From assembly GCA_041577295.1 (NCBI GenBank), contig JBFGJG010000030.1, positions 1 to 56,015 on the forward strand: a stretch of 56,015 nt of DNA, written 5' to 3'. Position numbers and translations under genes: made by a program. This DNA comes from Gemmatimonadales bacterium (lineage in GTDB: Bacteria > Gemmatimonadota > Gemmatimonadetes > Gemmatimonadales > GWC2-71-9). Positions 1-10,920 of this stretch are shown piece by piece (position 1 is the first letter of the stretch; each line of letters begins with the position of its first letter). The notes beneath the pieces were generated by a model. The model worked only from the letters and a program-made list of their open reading frames with translations. It had not been told where the DNA came from and made no database searches.

Positions 1-141
1 GAGATGGTGATGCCGGGGGACAACACGAAGATGACGATTGACTTGATCACGCCGATCGCGATGGAAGAGGGGCTGCGGTTTGCGATTCGCGAAGGCGGCC
101 GCACCGTCGGCGCCGGCGTGGTCACCAAAATCCTGGAATAA
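1..141 (+). CDS. tuf: Elongation factor Tu, 3' end (partial)
   Basis: Frame 1 reads [46 protein letters not shown], the conserved EF-Tu C-terminus; TAA at 139-141. Confidence 0.98.
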   Translation, partial: EMVMPGDNTKMTIDLITPIAMEEGLRFAIREGGRTVGAGVVTKILE

Positions 142-149
142 GATCACCC

Positions 150-458
150 ATGGCGCAGCACATACGCATCCGGCTCAAGGCATTCGATCATATCGTGCTC
201 GATCAGGCGGCCGCCGACATCGTCCGTACAGTGGAGAAGAGCGGCGGGTACGTCTCCGGACCGATTCCGCTCCCCACGAAGACGCAGCGGTGGACCGTGC
301 TGAGAAGTCCGCACGTCGACAAGAAGAGTCGTGAGCAATTCGAGTTGAAGACGCATAAGCGCCTCATCGAGATTACGGATTCTCGAGCGCAGACGATCGA
401 TGCGTTGACCAAGCTTGATCTGCCGGCTGGGGTCGACGTCGAAATCAAGGTGCAATAG
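150..458 (+). CDS. rpsJ: 30S ribosomal protein S10
   Basis: [17 protein letters not shown] and [14 protein letters not shown] motifs. Confidence 0.99.
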   Translation: MAQHIRIRLKAFDHIVLDQAAADIVRTVEKSGGYVSGPIPLPTKTQRWTVLRSPHVDKKSREQFELKTHKRLIEITDSRAQTIDALTKLDLPAGVDVEIKVQ

Positions 459-460
459 CA

Positions 461-1105
461 ATGCAGGGGTTGATCGGTCGCAAGTTGGGGATGACCCGGT
501 TCTTTGCCGATGATGGGCGCGTCGAGCCCGTCACGGTGATCGAGGCGGGGCCGTGTCCCGTCGTTCAAGTCAAAGTGGGTGACGGGGCGTCACAAACGGT
601 CCAGCTGGGGTTCGATGCCAAGAAGCCCAAGCGGACGGCGAAGGCGGAGATGGGGCATGCGAAGAAGGCGGGGCTCGAGGCCGCGCCGCGCGTGCTCCGC
701 GAGTTCGCGGTTGCCCGCGACGTCAAAGAAGCACCCAAGCTGGGTGACATGGTGACCGTCGCGATCTTCGAGCCAGGCGATGTTGTGAAGGTCACTGGGA
801 GGACCAAGGGGCGCGGGTTTCAGGGCGTGGTAAAGCGTCACGGGTTTGGCGGCGGACCGGCTACGCACGGCAACACTCGGCACCGCAAGCCGGGCAGCAT
901 GGGGCCTGGTACCGACCCCTCACGCGTTATCAAGGGAAAGAAGCTTCCGGGTCAGATGGGCGCCAAGCGCCACACCGTCGTCGGCCTGCGCGTCGTGCGC
1001 GTGGATGCCGAGCGGAACCTCCTGTACATCCGAGGTGCGGTTTCGGGACCCGTCAACGGCGTGGTCTTCGTAACGAAGCAGGGAGGGACGAGCCGGTATG
1101 CTTGA
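461..1105 (+). CDS. rplC: 50S ribosomal protein L3
   Basis: [21 protein letters not shown] and [10 protein letters not shown] motifs; operon order. Confidence 0.99.
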   Translation: MQGLIGRKLGMTRFFADDGRVEPVTVIEAGPCPVVQVKVGDGASQTVQLGFDAKKPKRTAKAEMGHAKKAGLEAAPRVLREFAVARDVKEAPKLGDMVTVAIFEPGDVVKVTGRTKGRGFQGVVKRHGFGGGPATHGNTRHRKPGSMGPGTDPSRVIKGKKLPGQMGAKRHTVVGLRVVRVDAERNLLYIRGAVSGPVNGVVFVTKQGGTSRYA

Positions 1106-1898
1106 GGCGCATCACTTCTCGGCTGCGGCGAAGCGCAAGGGCACCTACGCGCTGCCGGAAGAATTCGACGGGCGTGTGAATCAGGCCGCGCTCTACCACG
1201 CGGTTCGGGCGTTCCGCAACAATCAGCGCCAAGGAACGCATTCGACGAAGACTCGTGCCGAGGTGTCGGGTGGCAATCGCAAACCGTGGCGCCAGAAGGG
1301 GACCGGTCGCGCTCGACAGGGATCCATCCGCGCCGCGCAGTGGGTCGGTGGTGGAACCGTTTTTGGCCCCCGGCCCCGTGGGTACACGACCGAGCTCAAT
1401 CGCAAGGTCAAGCGTCTCGCTCGGCAGTCCGCTTTCAACGCGCGGGCCAACGAGGGGTCCCTGTTCGTAATCGAGGCGCTCGAATTTGCGAAGCCAAGGA
1501 CAAGGGAAATGGTCGAGTTGCTCGACAAGCTTGAGTTGGCGGATCGGAAGGTCTTGGTGCTCACCGCCGAAACGCGTCCTGCGGTGTATCTGTCGGGTCG
1601 TAACCTGCAGGACGTTCGGGTCATGCGCTATGCGGATGCCGCGGCCTATGACGTAATGTGGTCTGACGCGGTGGTGATCGAAGAGAACGCGATTGGCGGA
1701 CACGCGATCAAGGGAGCCGTCAAGTCCACCACGCGTCGCTCCAAGCGCGCGACCGCAGGCGCCCCTTCCACCAAGAAGAAGGCGGCCGGCCGCGCGTTGT
1801 CAAAGAAGCGAACGACGTCCAAGAAGAAAACGACGGCGAAGAAGACAGCGACCCGGGCCAAGAAAACGACGAAGTCACGCAAGAAGGGTGACAGCTAA
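1098..1898 (+). CDS. rplD: 50S ribosomal protein L4 with Lys/Thr-rich C-terminal tail
   Basis: [16 protein letters not shown] and [15 protein letters not shown] motifs; about 60 extra basic residues at the C-terminus. Confidence 0.98.
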   Translation: MLEAHHFSAAAKRKGTYALPEEFDGRVNQAALYHAVRAFRNNQRQGTHSTKTRAEVSGGNRKPWRQKGTGRARQGSIRAAQWVGGGTVFGPRPRGYTTELNRKVKRLARQSAFNARANEGSLFVIEALEFAKPRTREMVELLDKLELADRKVLVLTAETRPAVYLSGRNLQDVRVMRYADAAAYDVMWSDAVVIEENAIGGHAIKGAVKSTTRRSKRATAGAPSTKKKAAGRALSKKRTTSKKKTTAKKTATRAKKTTKSRKKGDS

Positions 1899-2186
1899 AT
1901 GACAGATCGGTTTCGCACCGTCATACGCCCGGTCGTGACGGAGAAGTCGTCCGCCCTGTACGGCGCTCTGAAAGAGTACACCTTCGAGGCGCCGCCGGAG
2001 GCAACCAAGGGGCAGATTCGGGAGGCCATCGAATCGCTGTTCGAAGTTCGGGTGAAGAGCGTGCGGACCTTACAGCAACCGGCGAAGCGCCGCACCCGGG
2101 GTCGTTCGGAGGGTCGGCGTCGCCGGTGGAAGAAGGTCTACGTCCGATTGCACGAAGGCGACGAGATCGCCGTGTTCGAGGGGTAG
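1899..2186 (+). CDS. rplW: 50S ribosomal protein L23
   Basis: IRPVVTEKS and WKKVYVRL motifs; operon order. Confidence 0.97.
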   Translation: MTDRFRTVIRPVVTEKSSALYGALKEYTFEAPPEATKGQIREAIESLFEVRVKSVRTLQQPAKRRTRGRSEGRRRRWKKVYVRLHEGDEIAVFEG

Positions 2187-2189
2187 CCA

Positions 2190-3029
2190 ATGGGTATTCG
2201 TCAGTTTCGGCCGATGAGTCCCGGAACCCGGTTCCGCAGCGTCTCCGATTTCGACGAGATCACGCGCGCCGAGCCGGAGCGGTCGCTGGTCGAGCCACTC
2301 AAGAAGCGCGGTGGTCGGAATCACCGTGGGCACCAAACCGCGGCACACCGTGGGGGTGGCCATAAGCGTCGCTACCGGCGGATCGACTTTCGCCGTGACA
2401 AGGTGGGCGTGCCCGCCCGCGTGACCGCCATCGAGTACGACCCGAACCGATCAGCCAGGATCGCACTGCTCACGTACGCCGATGGGGAGAAGCGGTACAT
2501 CATTCACCCGCAAGGTCTGCGCGTGGGAGATGCCGTGAACGCCGGTCGCGATGCGGAGATTCGCCTCGGGAACGCGCTGCCGCTGTCTGAGATTCCGCTC
2601 GGCACGACCGTGCACTGCGTGGAGCTCAAGCGGGGCAAAGGGGCACAGCTGTGCCGCGCCGCAGGGACTGGTGCGCAGGTCGTCGCCAAGGAGGGCCATC
2701 ACGTCGCCTTGAAGTTGCGAAGCGGCGAGGTGCGGCTCGTGCGTCGCGAGTGTATCGCCACCATCGGGGAAGTCGGCAACGCAGAGCACGAGTTGCAAAG
2801 TATTGGCAAGGCCGGGAAGACCCGCTGGCTTGGCCGCCGGCCACACGTTCGCGGTGTCGCGATGAACCCAGTCGATCACCCGCTTGGCGGGGGAGAGGGG
2901 AAGGCGTCGGGTGGTCGGCCACCCGTCACCCCGTGGGGCAAGCCCGAAGGCAAGAAAACCCGAAAACGCAAGAAGGCCAGTAGCAAACTCATCCTGCGCG
3001 GACGCAAGCGCGGGAAGGCGACGCGGTAG
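2190..3029 (+). CDS. rplB: 50S ribosomal protein L2
   Basis: [14 protein letters not shown] and [17 protein letters not shown] motifs. Confidence 0.99.
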   Translation: MGIRQFRPMSPGTRFRSVSDFDEITRAEPERSLVEPLKKRGGRNHRGHQTAAHRGGGHKRRYRRIDFRRDKVGVPARVTAIEYDPNRSARIALLTYADGEKRYIIHPQGLRVGDAVNAGRDAEIRLGNALPLSEIPLGTTVHCVELKRGKGAQLCRAAGTGAQVVAKEGHHVALKLRSGEVRLVRRECIATIGEVGNAEHELQSIGKAGKTRWLGRRPHVRGVAMNPVDHPLGGGEGKASGGRPPVTPWGKPEGKKTRKRKKASSKLILRGRKRGKATR

Positions 3030-3041
3030 GGAAAGGGACCC

Positions 3042-3332
3042 ATGGCGAGAAGTGTCAAGAAAGGTCCGTACGTCGAGGAATCGCTCCTCGAGAAGATTCG
3101 TCTGATGAACTCGGCGAACGAAAGGCGTGTGTTGAAGACGTGGTCACGCGCCTCGACGATCACACCTGAGTTCGTTGGTCACACGATCGCGGTGCACAAC
3201 GGGAACAAGTTCATTCCCGTGTACATCTCGGAGAACATGGTCGGTCACAAGCTGGGCGAGTTTGCGCCCACACGCTTGTTCCGCGGCCACAGTGGCAAGT
3301 TTGCGGCGGACAAGAAAGTCGGACCGGCGTAA
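3042..3332 (+). CDS. rpsS: 30S ribosomal protein S19
   Basis: KTWSRASTI and [13 protein letters not shown] motifs. Confidence 0.99.
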   Translation: MARSVKKGPYVEESLLEKIRLMNSANERRVLKTWSRASTITPEFVGHTIAVHNGNKFIPVYISENMVGHKLGEFAPTRLFRGHSGKFAADKKVGPA

Positions 3333-3343
3333 GGGAGGGGCAC

Positions 3344-3700
3344 ATGGCATCGCGGGCGATTCAACGAGGCGTGCGGCAGTCACCCCGCAAGATGCGGTTG
3401 GTGATCGACGTGATCCGGGGAATGGACGTCAACGAGGCGTACACGTTTCTCAAATTCTCGAAGAAGCGGGCCGCACGGCAGATTGAAAAGGTGCTGCGCT
3501 CAGCGGTGTCGAACGCCGAGCAAGATGCCCTCCGCAGCAACGAAGCCTTCGACGTGGACGAGCTCTACGTCTCGCACGCGATTGTGAACGAAGGCGTGAC
3601 GCTGTCGCGCTTCCGTGCGGCAGCACTCGGACGGGCGTCGCCGATTCGCAAGCGCACGAGCCAGGTCGAGATTCACCTGGCCAAGAAGGAGGAGAAGTAA
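3344..3700 (+). CDS. rplV: 50S ribosomal protein L22
   Basis: SPRKMRLVIDVIRG and GRASPIRKRTS motifs. Confidence 0.98.
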   Translation: MASRAIQRGVRQSPRKMRLVIDVIRGMDVNEAYTFLKFSKKRAARQIEKVLRSAVSNAEQDALRSNEAFDVDELYVSHAIVNEGVTLSRFRAAALGRASPIRKRTSQVEIHLAKKEEK

Positions 3701-4360
3701 GTGGGCCAGAAAACGCATCCTTATGGCTTCCGACTGGGTACCGTCAAGCCCTGGCGCTCCCGGTGGTACGCGGGCCGGGAGTTTCCGGAGCTGCTCAAAG
3801 AAGACGAGCTCATCCGGAAATATCTCAAGACCCGGCTCTCGCATGCCGCGGTGGCGGACATTCATATCGAGCGGAAACCGGGGAAGGTCACGGTCACCGT
3901 CTTTACTGGACGGCCGGGCGTGGTCATCGGGAAACGGGGGGCGGAGGTGGACAAGCTTCGCGACGAGCTGGCCCAACTGACTGGAAAGACGGTGGGCATC
4001 AACGTCGAAGAGATCAAGCGGCCGGAGTTGGAGGCCCAATTGGTGGCCGAGAGTGTTGCGCACCAACTGATGCAACGGGTCTCATTCCGGCGCGCCATGA
4101 AGCGCTCGGTACAAAGTGCCATGCGCATGGGAGCGCAGGGGATCAAGCTGAAGACGGCCGGCCGCTTGGGCGGTGCCGAGATTGCGCGCACCGAGGGGTA
4201 TCGCGAAGGCCGAGTCCCGCTCCACACGTTGCGTGCGGATGTGGACTATGGCCAGGCCACGGCCAAAACGACCTACGGCACGATTGGGATCAAGGTGTGG
4301 ATCTTCAAGGGTGAGGTGGTTGAGGACGCGCGGGGCCGGACGTACAGCACGGGGGCATAA
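3701..4360 (+). CDS. rpsC: 30S ribosomal protein S3
   Basis: [23 protein letters not shown] and PLHTLRAD motifs; GTG start. Confidence 0.99.
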   Translation: MGQKTHPYGFRLGTVKPWRSRWYAGREFPELLKEDELIRKYLKTRLSHAAVADIHIERKPGKVTVTVFTGRPGVVIGKRGAEVDKLRDELAQLTGKTVGINVEEIKRPELEAQLVAESVAHQLMQRVSFRRAMKRSVQSAMRMGAQGIKLKTAGRLGGAEIARTEGYREGRVPLHTLRADVDYGQATAKTTYGTIGIKVWIFKGEVVEDARGRTYSTGA

Positions 4361-4363
4361 CAC

Positions 4364-4777
4364 ATGCTAGCGCCGAAGCGAGTCAAATACCGCAAGCGGA
4401 TGAAGGGGCGCACACGCGGGCACGCCACGCGCGGGAACACAGTGGCGTTTGGCCACTTCGGTCTCATGTCCCTGGAGCCTGGTTGGATTTCGAGCCGGCA
4501 GATCGAGGCGGCGCGGGTAGCCATGACCCGTGAGATGAAGCGCGGCGGGAAGGTCTGGATTCGGATTTTTCCCGACAAGCCCATCACGAAGAAGCCCGCC
4601 GAGACGCGGATGGGGAAGGGTAAGGGGAACCCCGAAGGGTGGGTTGCGGTCGTGAAGCCGGGTCGGGTGATGTTCGAAGTCGAGGGTATCGGCGAGCGAA
4701 TAGCGCGCCGGGCGCTCGATCTCGCGTCCGCTAAGCTTCCAGTGAAGACGCGCTTCATCACACGGGAGGATGGGTAG
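4364..4777 (+). CDS. rplP: 50S ribosomal protein L16
   Basis: PKRVKYRK and [12 protein letters not shown] motifs. Confidence 0.99.
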   Translation: MLAPKRVKYRKRMKGRTRGHATRGNTVAFGHFGLMSLEPGWISSRQIEAARVAMTREMKRGGKVWIRIFPDKPITKKPAETRMGKGKGNPEGWVAVVKPGRVMFEVEGIGERIARRALDLASAKLPVKTRFITREDG

Positions 4778-4781
4778 CGCC

Positions 4782-5003
4782 ATGGCCCTCAAGGATGCAG
4801 AGAGCAAGCACCTGAGCGCGGGGGCACTGCGGGAGCTCGAGACGGCGGAGCTCGAAGCCGAGCTGGCGCGGCTCAAAGAAGCCCGCTTTCGCCTCAAGTT
4901 CCGATCGGCGACGGAAGCCATCGACAATCCGGCACAGTTTACCATTACCCGGCGGAACATCGCGCGCATCGCGACGATCTTGCGCGAAAGGGCAAGGGCA
5001 TGA
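4782..5003 (+). CDS. rpmC: 50S ribosomal protein L29
   Basis: FRLKFR...[21 protein letters not shown]; start 4782 or 4770. Confidence 0.95.
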   Translation: MALKDAESKHLSAGALRELETAELEAELARLKEARFRLKFRSATEAIDNPAQFTITRRNIARIATILRERARA

Positions 5004-5266
5004 CTGAAGGAACGGAGACACGGCCACGACGCAAGGTGCGCACCGGCGTGGTGGTGAGCGATAAGATGCGGAAAACGGTCGTCGTGCAGCTGACGCGTCA
5101 ATTTGCGCATTCGCTGTACGGGAAGCAGATCATGCGCACCAAGCGGGTCCACGCGCACGACGAGAAGGGTGCGAAACAGGGAGACACGGTCCGGATCATG
5201 GAAACTCGACCCATCTCGAAGCGGAAACGGTGGCGGGTGGTCGAGATCGTGTCGCGGGCCGAGTAA
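5000..5266 (+). CDS. rpsQ: 30S ribosomal protein S17
   Basis: [14 protein letters not shown] and [11 protein letters not shown] motifs. Confidence 0.98.
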   Translation: MTEGTETRPRRKVRTGVVVSDKMRKTVVVQLTRQFAHSLYGKQIMRTKRVHAHDEKGAKQGDTVRIMETRPISKRKRWRVVEIVSRAE

Positions 5267-5277
5267 GCGAGGGGACC

Positions 5278-5646
5278 GTGGTTCAGCAGGAATCGATCGT
5301 CAAAATCGCGGACAACTCCGGTGCCCGAAAGGCTTTGGTCATTCGGGTGTTGGGCGGGAGTAAGCGCCGCTACGCCGGGTTGGGTGACGTGATCGTCGTG
5401 GCGATCAAAGATGCCCTGCCCACCGGCCAGGTCAAGAAAGGCGAGGTGGCCAAGGCGGTGCTGGTGCGGACGGCGAAGGAAACGAGACGTCGTGATGGCA
5501 GTTACATCCGTTTCGACGAGAATGCGGCAGTGCTCATCAACGACGCAGGGGAGCCACGCGCCACCCGTATCTTCGGACCCGTTGGGCGCGAGCTGCGTGA
5601 GAAGCGCTACATGAAGATCGTGTCACTCGCACCGGAGGTGCTGTAG
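5278..5646 (+). CDS. rplN: 50S ribosomal protein L14
   Basis: [15 protein letters not shown] and [10 protein letters not shown] motifs; GTG at 5278 after GAGGGG. Confidence 0.98.
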   Translation: MVQQESIVKIADNSGARKALVIRVLGGSKRRYAGLGDVIVVAIKDALPTGQVKKGEVAKAVLVRTAKETRRRDGSYIRFDENAAVLINDAGEPRATRIFGPVGRELREKRYMKIVSLAPEVL

Positions 5647-6032
5647 TGAAACCGCTGGTGTACAAGAAGAGTAAGCGGCAGGCCAAAGTCCGGGCGCCGC
5701 AGGTTGCACCGATGCACATCACCAAGGGCGACCGCGTCATGGTGATTCGGGGCGAAGAGCGTGGCAAGGAGGGCACGGTCATTCGGGTGCTCCCCAAGCA
5801 GCAGCGCATCGTCGTGGATGGCGTCAACGTGATCTCGAAGCATCAACGACCCACACCTACCGGTGGCGAGGGCGGCATCATCAAGATGCCCGGTCCCATC
5901 CACGTCTCGAATGTGATGCTGTTGGATCCCAAGTCCGGAGATCCGACACGCGTGCGCCGACAGCGAGATAAGGATGGAACCGTGGAGCGTTTGAGCGTGA
6001 AGTCGGGACAGCCGATTCCACGAAATCGTTAA
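5646..6032 (+). CDS. rplX: 50S ribosomal protein L24 (N-terminally extended)
   Basis: KOW motif [17 protein letters not shown] and PIHVSNVML. Confidence 0.97.
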   Translation: MKPLVYKKSKRQAKVRAPQVAPMHITKGDRVMVIRGEERGKEGTVIRVLPKQQRIVVDGVNVISKHQRPTPTGGEGGIIKMPGPIHVSNVMLLDPKSGDPTRVRRQRDKDGTVERLSVKSGQPIPRNR

Positions 6033-6037
6033 GGGGA

Positions 6038-6709
6038 ATGGCGAACGTGGCGACGAAGACCAAAGAGACGAAGACCAAAGAGACGAAGTCCAAAGAGACG
6101 AAGTCCAAAGAGACGAAGGCTGCCGCCCAGCCGGAGGCGCCGGCACCGCGGCCGCGGTTGCTGGACCATTACCAGCAGACGGTGCGACCCAAGCTGATCC
6201 AAGACTTTGGGCTCGTGAACGTGCACGCGGTTCCTCGACTGCTCAAAATCGTCGTCAACGTGGGGCTCGGCGAGGCGCCCAAGAACCCCAAGCTGTTGGA
6301 TACGATCGTAGCTGAGCTGGCGGCGATAACCGGGCAACGACCGGTCGTGACCCGCGCCAAAAAGGCAATTTCCAATTTCTCGTTGCGGGAAGGGATGCCC
6401 ATTGGTGCGTCGGTCACACTCCGCAGTGCACGAATGTGGGAGTTTCTGGACCGATTCATCTCGGTCGCCGTGCCGCGTATCCGTGACTTTCGCGGCTTTC
6501 CAACGCGCTCGTTTGACGGCCGTGGGAACTACACGGTGGGCATTCGGGAGCAGATGGTGTTCCCGGAGATTGACTACGACAAGGTCGAGAAGATCCACGG
6601 GATGGATATCACGTTTGTGACATCGGCGGGTCGCGATGACCTCGCGATGGCATTGCTCAGAGAGTTGGGGATGCCCCTCCGCGGGCAGACTCCGGTCCAG
6701 ATCGGGTAG
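6038..6709 (+). CDS. rplE: 50S ribosomal protein L5 with N-terminal KETK(T/S) repeats
   Basis: [21 protein letters not shown] and FDGRGNY motifs. Confidence 0.98.
   Translation: MANVATKTKETKTKETKSKETKSKETKAAAQPEAPAPRPRLLDHYQQTVRPKLIQDFGLVNVHAVPRLLKIVVNVGLGEAPKNPKLLDTIVAELAAITGQRPVVTRAKKAISNFSLREGMPIGASVTLRSARMWEFLDRFISVAVPRIRDFRGFPTRSFDGRGNYTVGIREQMVFPEIDYDKVEKIHGMDITFVTSAGRDDLAMALLRELGMPLRGQTPVQIG
6052..6118 (+). repeat. 15-bp coding tandem repeat GACGAAG(A/T)CCAAAGA, about 4.5 copies
   Basis: Units at 6052, 6067, 6082 and 6097 plus a partial unit at 6112. Confidence 0.95.
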
Positions 6710-6719
6710 GAGCGCGAGG

Positions 6720-6905
6720 ATGGCGAAGAAGTCTCTGATCGAAAAGGCAAAGCGCAAGCCGAAGTTCCGGGTCCGCGGCTACAATCGGTGTCAGCGTTGC
6801 GGCCGGGCACGCGCATATTTGCGACGATTCGGCGTGTGCCGGATCTGTTTTAGGGAGTTAGCGCTCCGGGGGGAACTCCCGGGAGTACGTAAGGCGAGCT
6901 GGTAA
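6720..6905 (+). CDS. rpsN: 30S ribosomal protein S14, short Zn-binding (type Z) form
   Basis: 61 aa with CQRC and CRIC pairs, ends GVRKASW; ATG at 6720. Confidence 0.97.
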   Translation: MAKKSLIEKAKRKPKFRVRGYNRCQRCGRARAYLRRFGVCRICFRELALRGELPGVRKASW

Positions 6906-6925
6906 CAGGAGCGGCTACGAAACAG

Positions 6926-7321
6926 ATGACGATGACCGATCCCGTCGCCGACATGCTCACCCGCATCCGTAATGCCTGTCGGGCAGGCCACAAGCGGGTG
7001 GACGTGCCGGTGTCGAAGTTCAAGGTCGAGATCGCACGGATCCTCAAGGAGAACCACTACATCCAGGATTTCAAGGTGCTGGATGATGGTCGCCACGGAC
7101 TGCTGCGGCTCTTTATGCGGTATCACGGCGAGATGCCCGTGATTCACGAAGTGGAACGCGTCTCCAAGCCGGGGCTCAGGCGGTACGTGGGTGTCCGAGA
7201 GATTCCTCGTGTCAAGAACGGGTTGGGCATGGCGATCGTCTCGACGCCTCAGGGTCTGATGAGCGATCGCGAAGCACGCGCGGCTCGAATGGGCGGCGAG
7301 CTCGTCGCCATGCTCTGGTAG
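6926..7321 (+). CDS. rpsH: 30S ribosomal protein S8
   Basis: DPVADMLTRIRNA and SKPGLRRY motifs. Confidence 0.99.
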   Translation: MTMTDPVADMLTRIRNACRAGHKRVDVPVSKFKVEIARILKENHYIQDFKVLDDGRHGLLRLFMRYHGEMPVIHEVERVSKPGLRRYVGVREIPRVKNGLGMAIVSTPQGLMSDREARAARMGGELVAMLW

Positions 7322-7327
7322 GAAACA

Positions 7328-7870
7328 ATGTCTCGAGTCGGCAAGAAACCCATACCGCTTCCCAAAGGGGTCACCGTGACGGTCAAGGATCGGTTCGTGA
7401 CCGTCAAGGGTCCCAAGGGCGAGCTGTCGCGTCAGATACCGCCGGAGATGACGGTCGCCATCGAGGATGGAACGGTGCAGGTCTCCCGCCCCTCGGATGT
7501 CGGCCGGCACCGGGCACTGCACGGGCTGACCCGGGCGCTGATCAACAACATGGTCGTTGGCGTCAGCGCGGGGTTCTCCCGTCAGCTGGAGATCCAGGGT
7601 GTTGGCTACCGGGCCGAGGCGCACAAGTCTGGACTCAAGCTCAGCGTCGGTTTCTCACACCCGGTGGAATACCCGGCTCCGGCGGGCATCAAGCTGTCCG
7701 TTGAGGGCACCGGGTTGGTGACCGTCGAGGGAATCGACAAGGAGCTGGTGGGTCAGGTCGCGGCAGAGATTCGAGCGGTGCGGCCACCCGAGCCATATAA
7801 AGGAAAAGGAATTCGATACAAGGACGAGCAGGTTCGGCGTAAGGCCGGAAAGACGGGAGCGAAGGCATGA
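7328..7870 (+). CDS. rplF: 50S ribosomal protein L6
   Basis: MSRVGKKPI and [13 protein letters not shown] motifs. Confidence 0.99.
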   Translation: MSRVGKKPIPLPKGVTVTVKDRFVTVKGPKGELSRQIPPEMTVAIEDGTVQVSRPSDVGRHRALHGLTRALINNMVVGVSAGFSRQLEIQGVGYRAEAHKSGLKLSVGFSHPVEYPAPAGIKLSVEGTGLVTVEGIDKELVGQVAAEIRAVRPPEPYKGKGIRYKDEQVRRKAGKTGAKA

Positions 7871-8238
7871 GGTCGATCCACAAGCCCAAAACGCGCTCGG
7901 AGCGGCGCTACCGCCGTCATCTGCGGCTTCGGAAGCGGATTCGCGGCTCGGCGACGCGGCCGCGCCTCGTGGTGTTCCGCTCCTTGAAGCACGTCTATGC
8001 CCAGTGTGTCGACGACGACCGCGGGGTCACGCTCGTCGGAATTAGTGACATGTCGAAGGAAGTGCAGCGCGACAAACCCGGAAAAGTCGGGGCAGCGTTC
8101 GCAGTGGGGAAGTTGCTCGCCGAAAAGGTGAAGGCCCAGGGCATCAGCCGGGTAGTGTTCGATCGTGGAGGATACCCCTTCCACGGTCGCGTCAAAGCGG
8201 TGGCCGATGGCGCCCGCGAAGGTGGATTGGAGTTTTGA
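7867..8238 (+). CDS. rplR: 50S ribosomal protein L18
   Basis: [16 protein letters not shown] and [14 protein letters not shown] motifs. Confidence 0.98.
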   Translation: MRSIHKPKTRSERRYRRHLRLRKRIRGSATRPRLVVFRSLKHVYAQCVDDDRGVTLVGISDMSKEVQRDKPGKVGAAFAVGKLLAEKVKAQGISRVVFDRGGYPFHGRVKAVADGAREGGLEF

Positions 8239-8243
8239 CAGCG

Positions 8244-8825
8244 ATGGCAAATCCGACGGAACGTGGCCCGCGGCGTGAGCGCCGAGAGCGAGAATCCGAA
8301 TTCATCGAGAACGTGATCTCGATCAACCGCGTGGCGAAGGTGGTCAAGGGTGGCCGACGGTTCTCCTTCAACGCCCTCGTGGCTGTTGGCGATGGCAACG
8401 GCAAGGTTGGCGTCGCAACGGGCAAGGCCAACGAGGTCTCGGAGGCCGTGCGGAAGGCGGTGGAAGGTGCGCGTCGTACGATGGAAGGTATTCCGAGAGA
8501 GGGGACGACCATACCGCACGAAATCGTCGGCACGCACGGGGCCGGCCGCGTGCTGCTGAAGCCGGCGTCATCGGGTACCGGTGTGATCGCCGGTGGCCCG
8601 GTCCGCGCGGTGCTCGAGTGCGCTGGGGTCAGCGACATCCTTACGAAGTCGCTGGGTTCGCCCAATCCGCTCAACATGGCGTGGGCGACGCTCGATGGCC
8701 TGACCCGCTTGGTCACCGCGGACGACGTCGCACGCCAGCGCGGCATCGACACGGCCCAGATCGATTATCGACCGCGCCAGCGTGAGGAAGCTCCCGCGGA
8801 GTCGCCGGGAGGCGGCGATGCCTAA
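8244..8825 (+). CDS. rpsE: 30S ribosomal protein S5
   Basis: [19 protein letters not shown] and GTGVIAGG motifs. Confidence 0.98.
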   Translation: MANPTERGPRRERRERESEFIENVISINRVAKVVKGGRRFSFNALVAVGDGNGKVGVATGKANEVSEAVRKAVEGARRTMEGIPREGTTIPHEIVGTHGAGRVLLKPASSGTGVIAGGPVRAVLECAGVSDILTKSLGSPNPLNMAWATLDGLTRLVTADDVARQRGIDTAQIDYRPRQREEAPAESPGGGDA

Positions 8826-9123
8826 GACGACCGCCAAGAAGACGACCACGAAAAAGAGCACGGCGAAGAAGGCGACGCGCAAACGGACCACGAAGCGTGC
8901 GACCACCGCCGCCGCACCTGCCACCAAGAGGACCGGCGGCCAGCTGCGGGTGCGACAGGTGAAGTCCGGAATCGGACACGCTAAGACATATCGCCGGACC
9001 CTCCGTGCACTGGGTCTCAGACACCATCAAGCAGAGATCGTGGTTCAGGACAATCCCTCCATGCGAGGAATGCTCGAGAAGGTGAGTCACCTCGTGCGGG
9101 TTACGCCGGTGGAGAGCGCATGA
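8818..9123 (+). CDS. rpmD: 50S ribosomal protein L30 with Lys/Thr-rich N-terminal extension
   Basis: Core [11 protein letters not shown]...TLRALGLR...[13 protein letters not shown]; about 40 extra residues after ATG 8818. Confidence 0.95.
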   Translation: MPKTTAKKTTTKKSTAKKATRKRTTKRATTAAAPATKRTGGQLRVRQVKSGIGHAKTYRRTLRALGLRHHQAEIVVQDNPSMRGMLEKVSHLVRVTPVESA

Positions 9124-9575
9124 CCAAGAGTGGCGAACAGCTGGGACTACATAACCTGCCGGCCCCTCGCGGGACTTCCAAGGATCCGAAGCGCAAAGGC
9201 CGGGGTCCCGGATCGGGGCTCGGGAAGACGGCTGGCCGGGGACACAAGGGACAGCGCGCCCGCGCGAGTGGCAACGTACCTGCCTGGTTTGAGGGCGGTC
9301 AGATGCCGCTCACGCGTCGCGTTCCCAAGCGTGGCTTCACGAACCCGTTCCGGGTGCCCGCCCAAATCGTCAACGTGCGTGATCTGGCGCGTCTGACGGC
9401 GGAAGCGGTCACACCAACGACGTTGGTAGAGGCGGGCTTGGTGACCCGGACCGATCGCCCGATCAAGATTCTCGGTACGGGTGAGGCGACCAAGGCATAC
9501 GTGGTCACCGGGTGCGCGGTTTCCAAGACCGCCCGGGAGAAGCTCGAGCGAGCGGGCGGGCGGATCGAGGAATAA
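9120..9575 (+). CDS. rplO: 50S ribosomal protein L15
   Basis: GRGPGSGLGKTAGRGHKGQ and FEGGQMPL motifs. Confidence 0.99.
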   Translation: MTKSGEQLGLHNLPAPRGTSKDPKRKGRGPGSGLGKTAGRGHKGQRARASGNVPAWFEGGQMPLTRRVPKRGFTNPFRVPAQIVNVRDLARLTAEAVTPTTLVEAGLVTRTDRPIKILGTGEATKAYVVTGCAVSKTAREKLERAGGRIEE

Positions 9576-9579
9576 TCGC

Positions 9580-10893
9580 ATGACCGCGCCCCGCATTCCC
9601 AATCTCTTCGCGGTCCCGGAGCTCAAGGAAAAGCTACTCTTCACGCTCATGTGCTTGGCCGTGTACCGGGCGGGCGCGCACATTGCCACGCCTGGTGTCA
9701 ACGTCCAGGTCCTCGCCGACTTCATCCGCAATCAGGGAGCCCAGACCCTCTTCGGGGTCTACGACATGTTCGTGGGAGGAGGATTGTCCCGCGCGACCGT
9801 GCTCGCGCTCGGGATCATGCCGTACATCTCGGCCTCCATCATGTTTCAGCTCGCTGGGGCTGTCTTCCCGCTGATCGACAAGTTGCAGAAGGAAGAAGAG
9901 GGGCGTAAGAAGATCACGCAGTGGACCCGGTATCTCACGGTCGCCCTCTCCGTGGGCCAGGCATACGGCTTTGCCATCTTCGCCGAGGGACAGGCGGCCG
10001 TACCCAACCCAGGTTGGGGATTCCGGATGATGACCATGCTCACGCTGACGACCGGCGCTGTCTTCGTGATGTGGTTGGGTGAGCAGATCACCGAGCGTGG
10101 CATCGGGAACGGCATGAGCCTGCTCATCTTCTTCTCCATCATGGAAGGGATGTGGCCCGGGTTATTCCGCACGCTGGACTTTCTTCGGACCGGGGTCATC
10201 AACACGCCCCGCCTCCTCGTCCTGATCGTAGTCATGGTGGCCGTGGTTGCGGGGATCATCGCCGTTACCGTCGCGGCCCGACGCATCCCCATCCAGATTC
10301 CACGGAAGGTGATGGGGCGCGGGCGGATCCGCGAAGGGCAAAAAACCTTCATTCCGATTCGCATCAACTCGGCCGGCGTGATGCCGATCATCTTCGCGCA
10401 ATCGATCATCATCGTGCCCGGTACGATTGCAACGTTCAGCAATCTGCCGTTCTTACGCGCCATGTCCGACGCGTTTCAGCCGGGTTCCGCTGTGTACTAC
10501 ATCAGCTACGCAGTACTGATCATCTTCTTCACGTACTTCTACACGTCCATCATCTTCAACCCGCTCGACATCGCGGAAAACCTCAAGAAACAGGGTGGGT
10601 TCATCCCAGGTGTGAAGCCCGGCTCGGCCACAGCGGATTACATCGACGACGTACTCACTCGCGTCACCCTTCCGGGATCGTTCTTCCTCACGGTCGTGGC
10701 GTTACTGCCATTCTTCATCTTTGATGCGTTCAACGTGCCGTTCTTCTTTGGCGGAACCGCGTTGCTCATCGTGGTCGGCGTCGCACTCGATACCTGGGTG
10801 CAAGTCCAGCAACACCTGCATCTACGACATTACGACGAGTACATGAAGCAGGGACGTGTCAAATTCCGAGGTCGCCGCGGCCGCTACATGTAG
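9580..10893 (+). CDS. secY: Preprotein translocase subunit SecY
   Basis: LGIMPYISASI, WLGEQITERGIGNG and AGVMPIIFA motifs; ATG at 9580. Confidence 0.99.
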   Translation: MTAPRIPNLFAVPELKEKLLFTLMCLAVYRAGAHIATPGVNVQVLADFIRNQGAQTLFGVYDMFVGGGLSRATVLALGIMPYISASIMFQLAGAVFPLIDKLQKEEEGRKKITQWTRYLTVALSVGQAYGFAIFAEGQAAVPNPGWGFRMMTMLTLTTGAVFVMWLGEQITERGIGNGMSLLIFFSIMEGMWPGLFRTLDFLRTGVINTPRLLVLIVVMVAVVAGIIAVTVAARRIPIQIPRKVMGRGRIREGQKTFIPIRINSAGVMPIIFAQSIIIVPGTIATFSNLPFLRAMSDAFQPGSAVYYISYAVLIIFFTYFYTSIIFNPLDIAENLKKQGGFIPGVKPGSATADYIDDVLTRVTLPGSFFLTVVALLPFFIFDAFNVPFFFGGTALLIVVGVALDTWVQVQQHLHLRHYDEYMKQGRVKFRGRRGRYM

Positions 10894-10920
10894 CGGCTTC
10901 GGCTACCTGGACCTCTGCAG

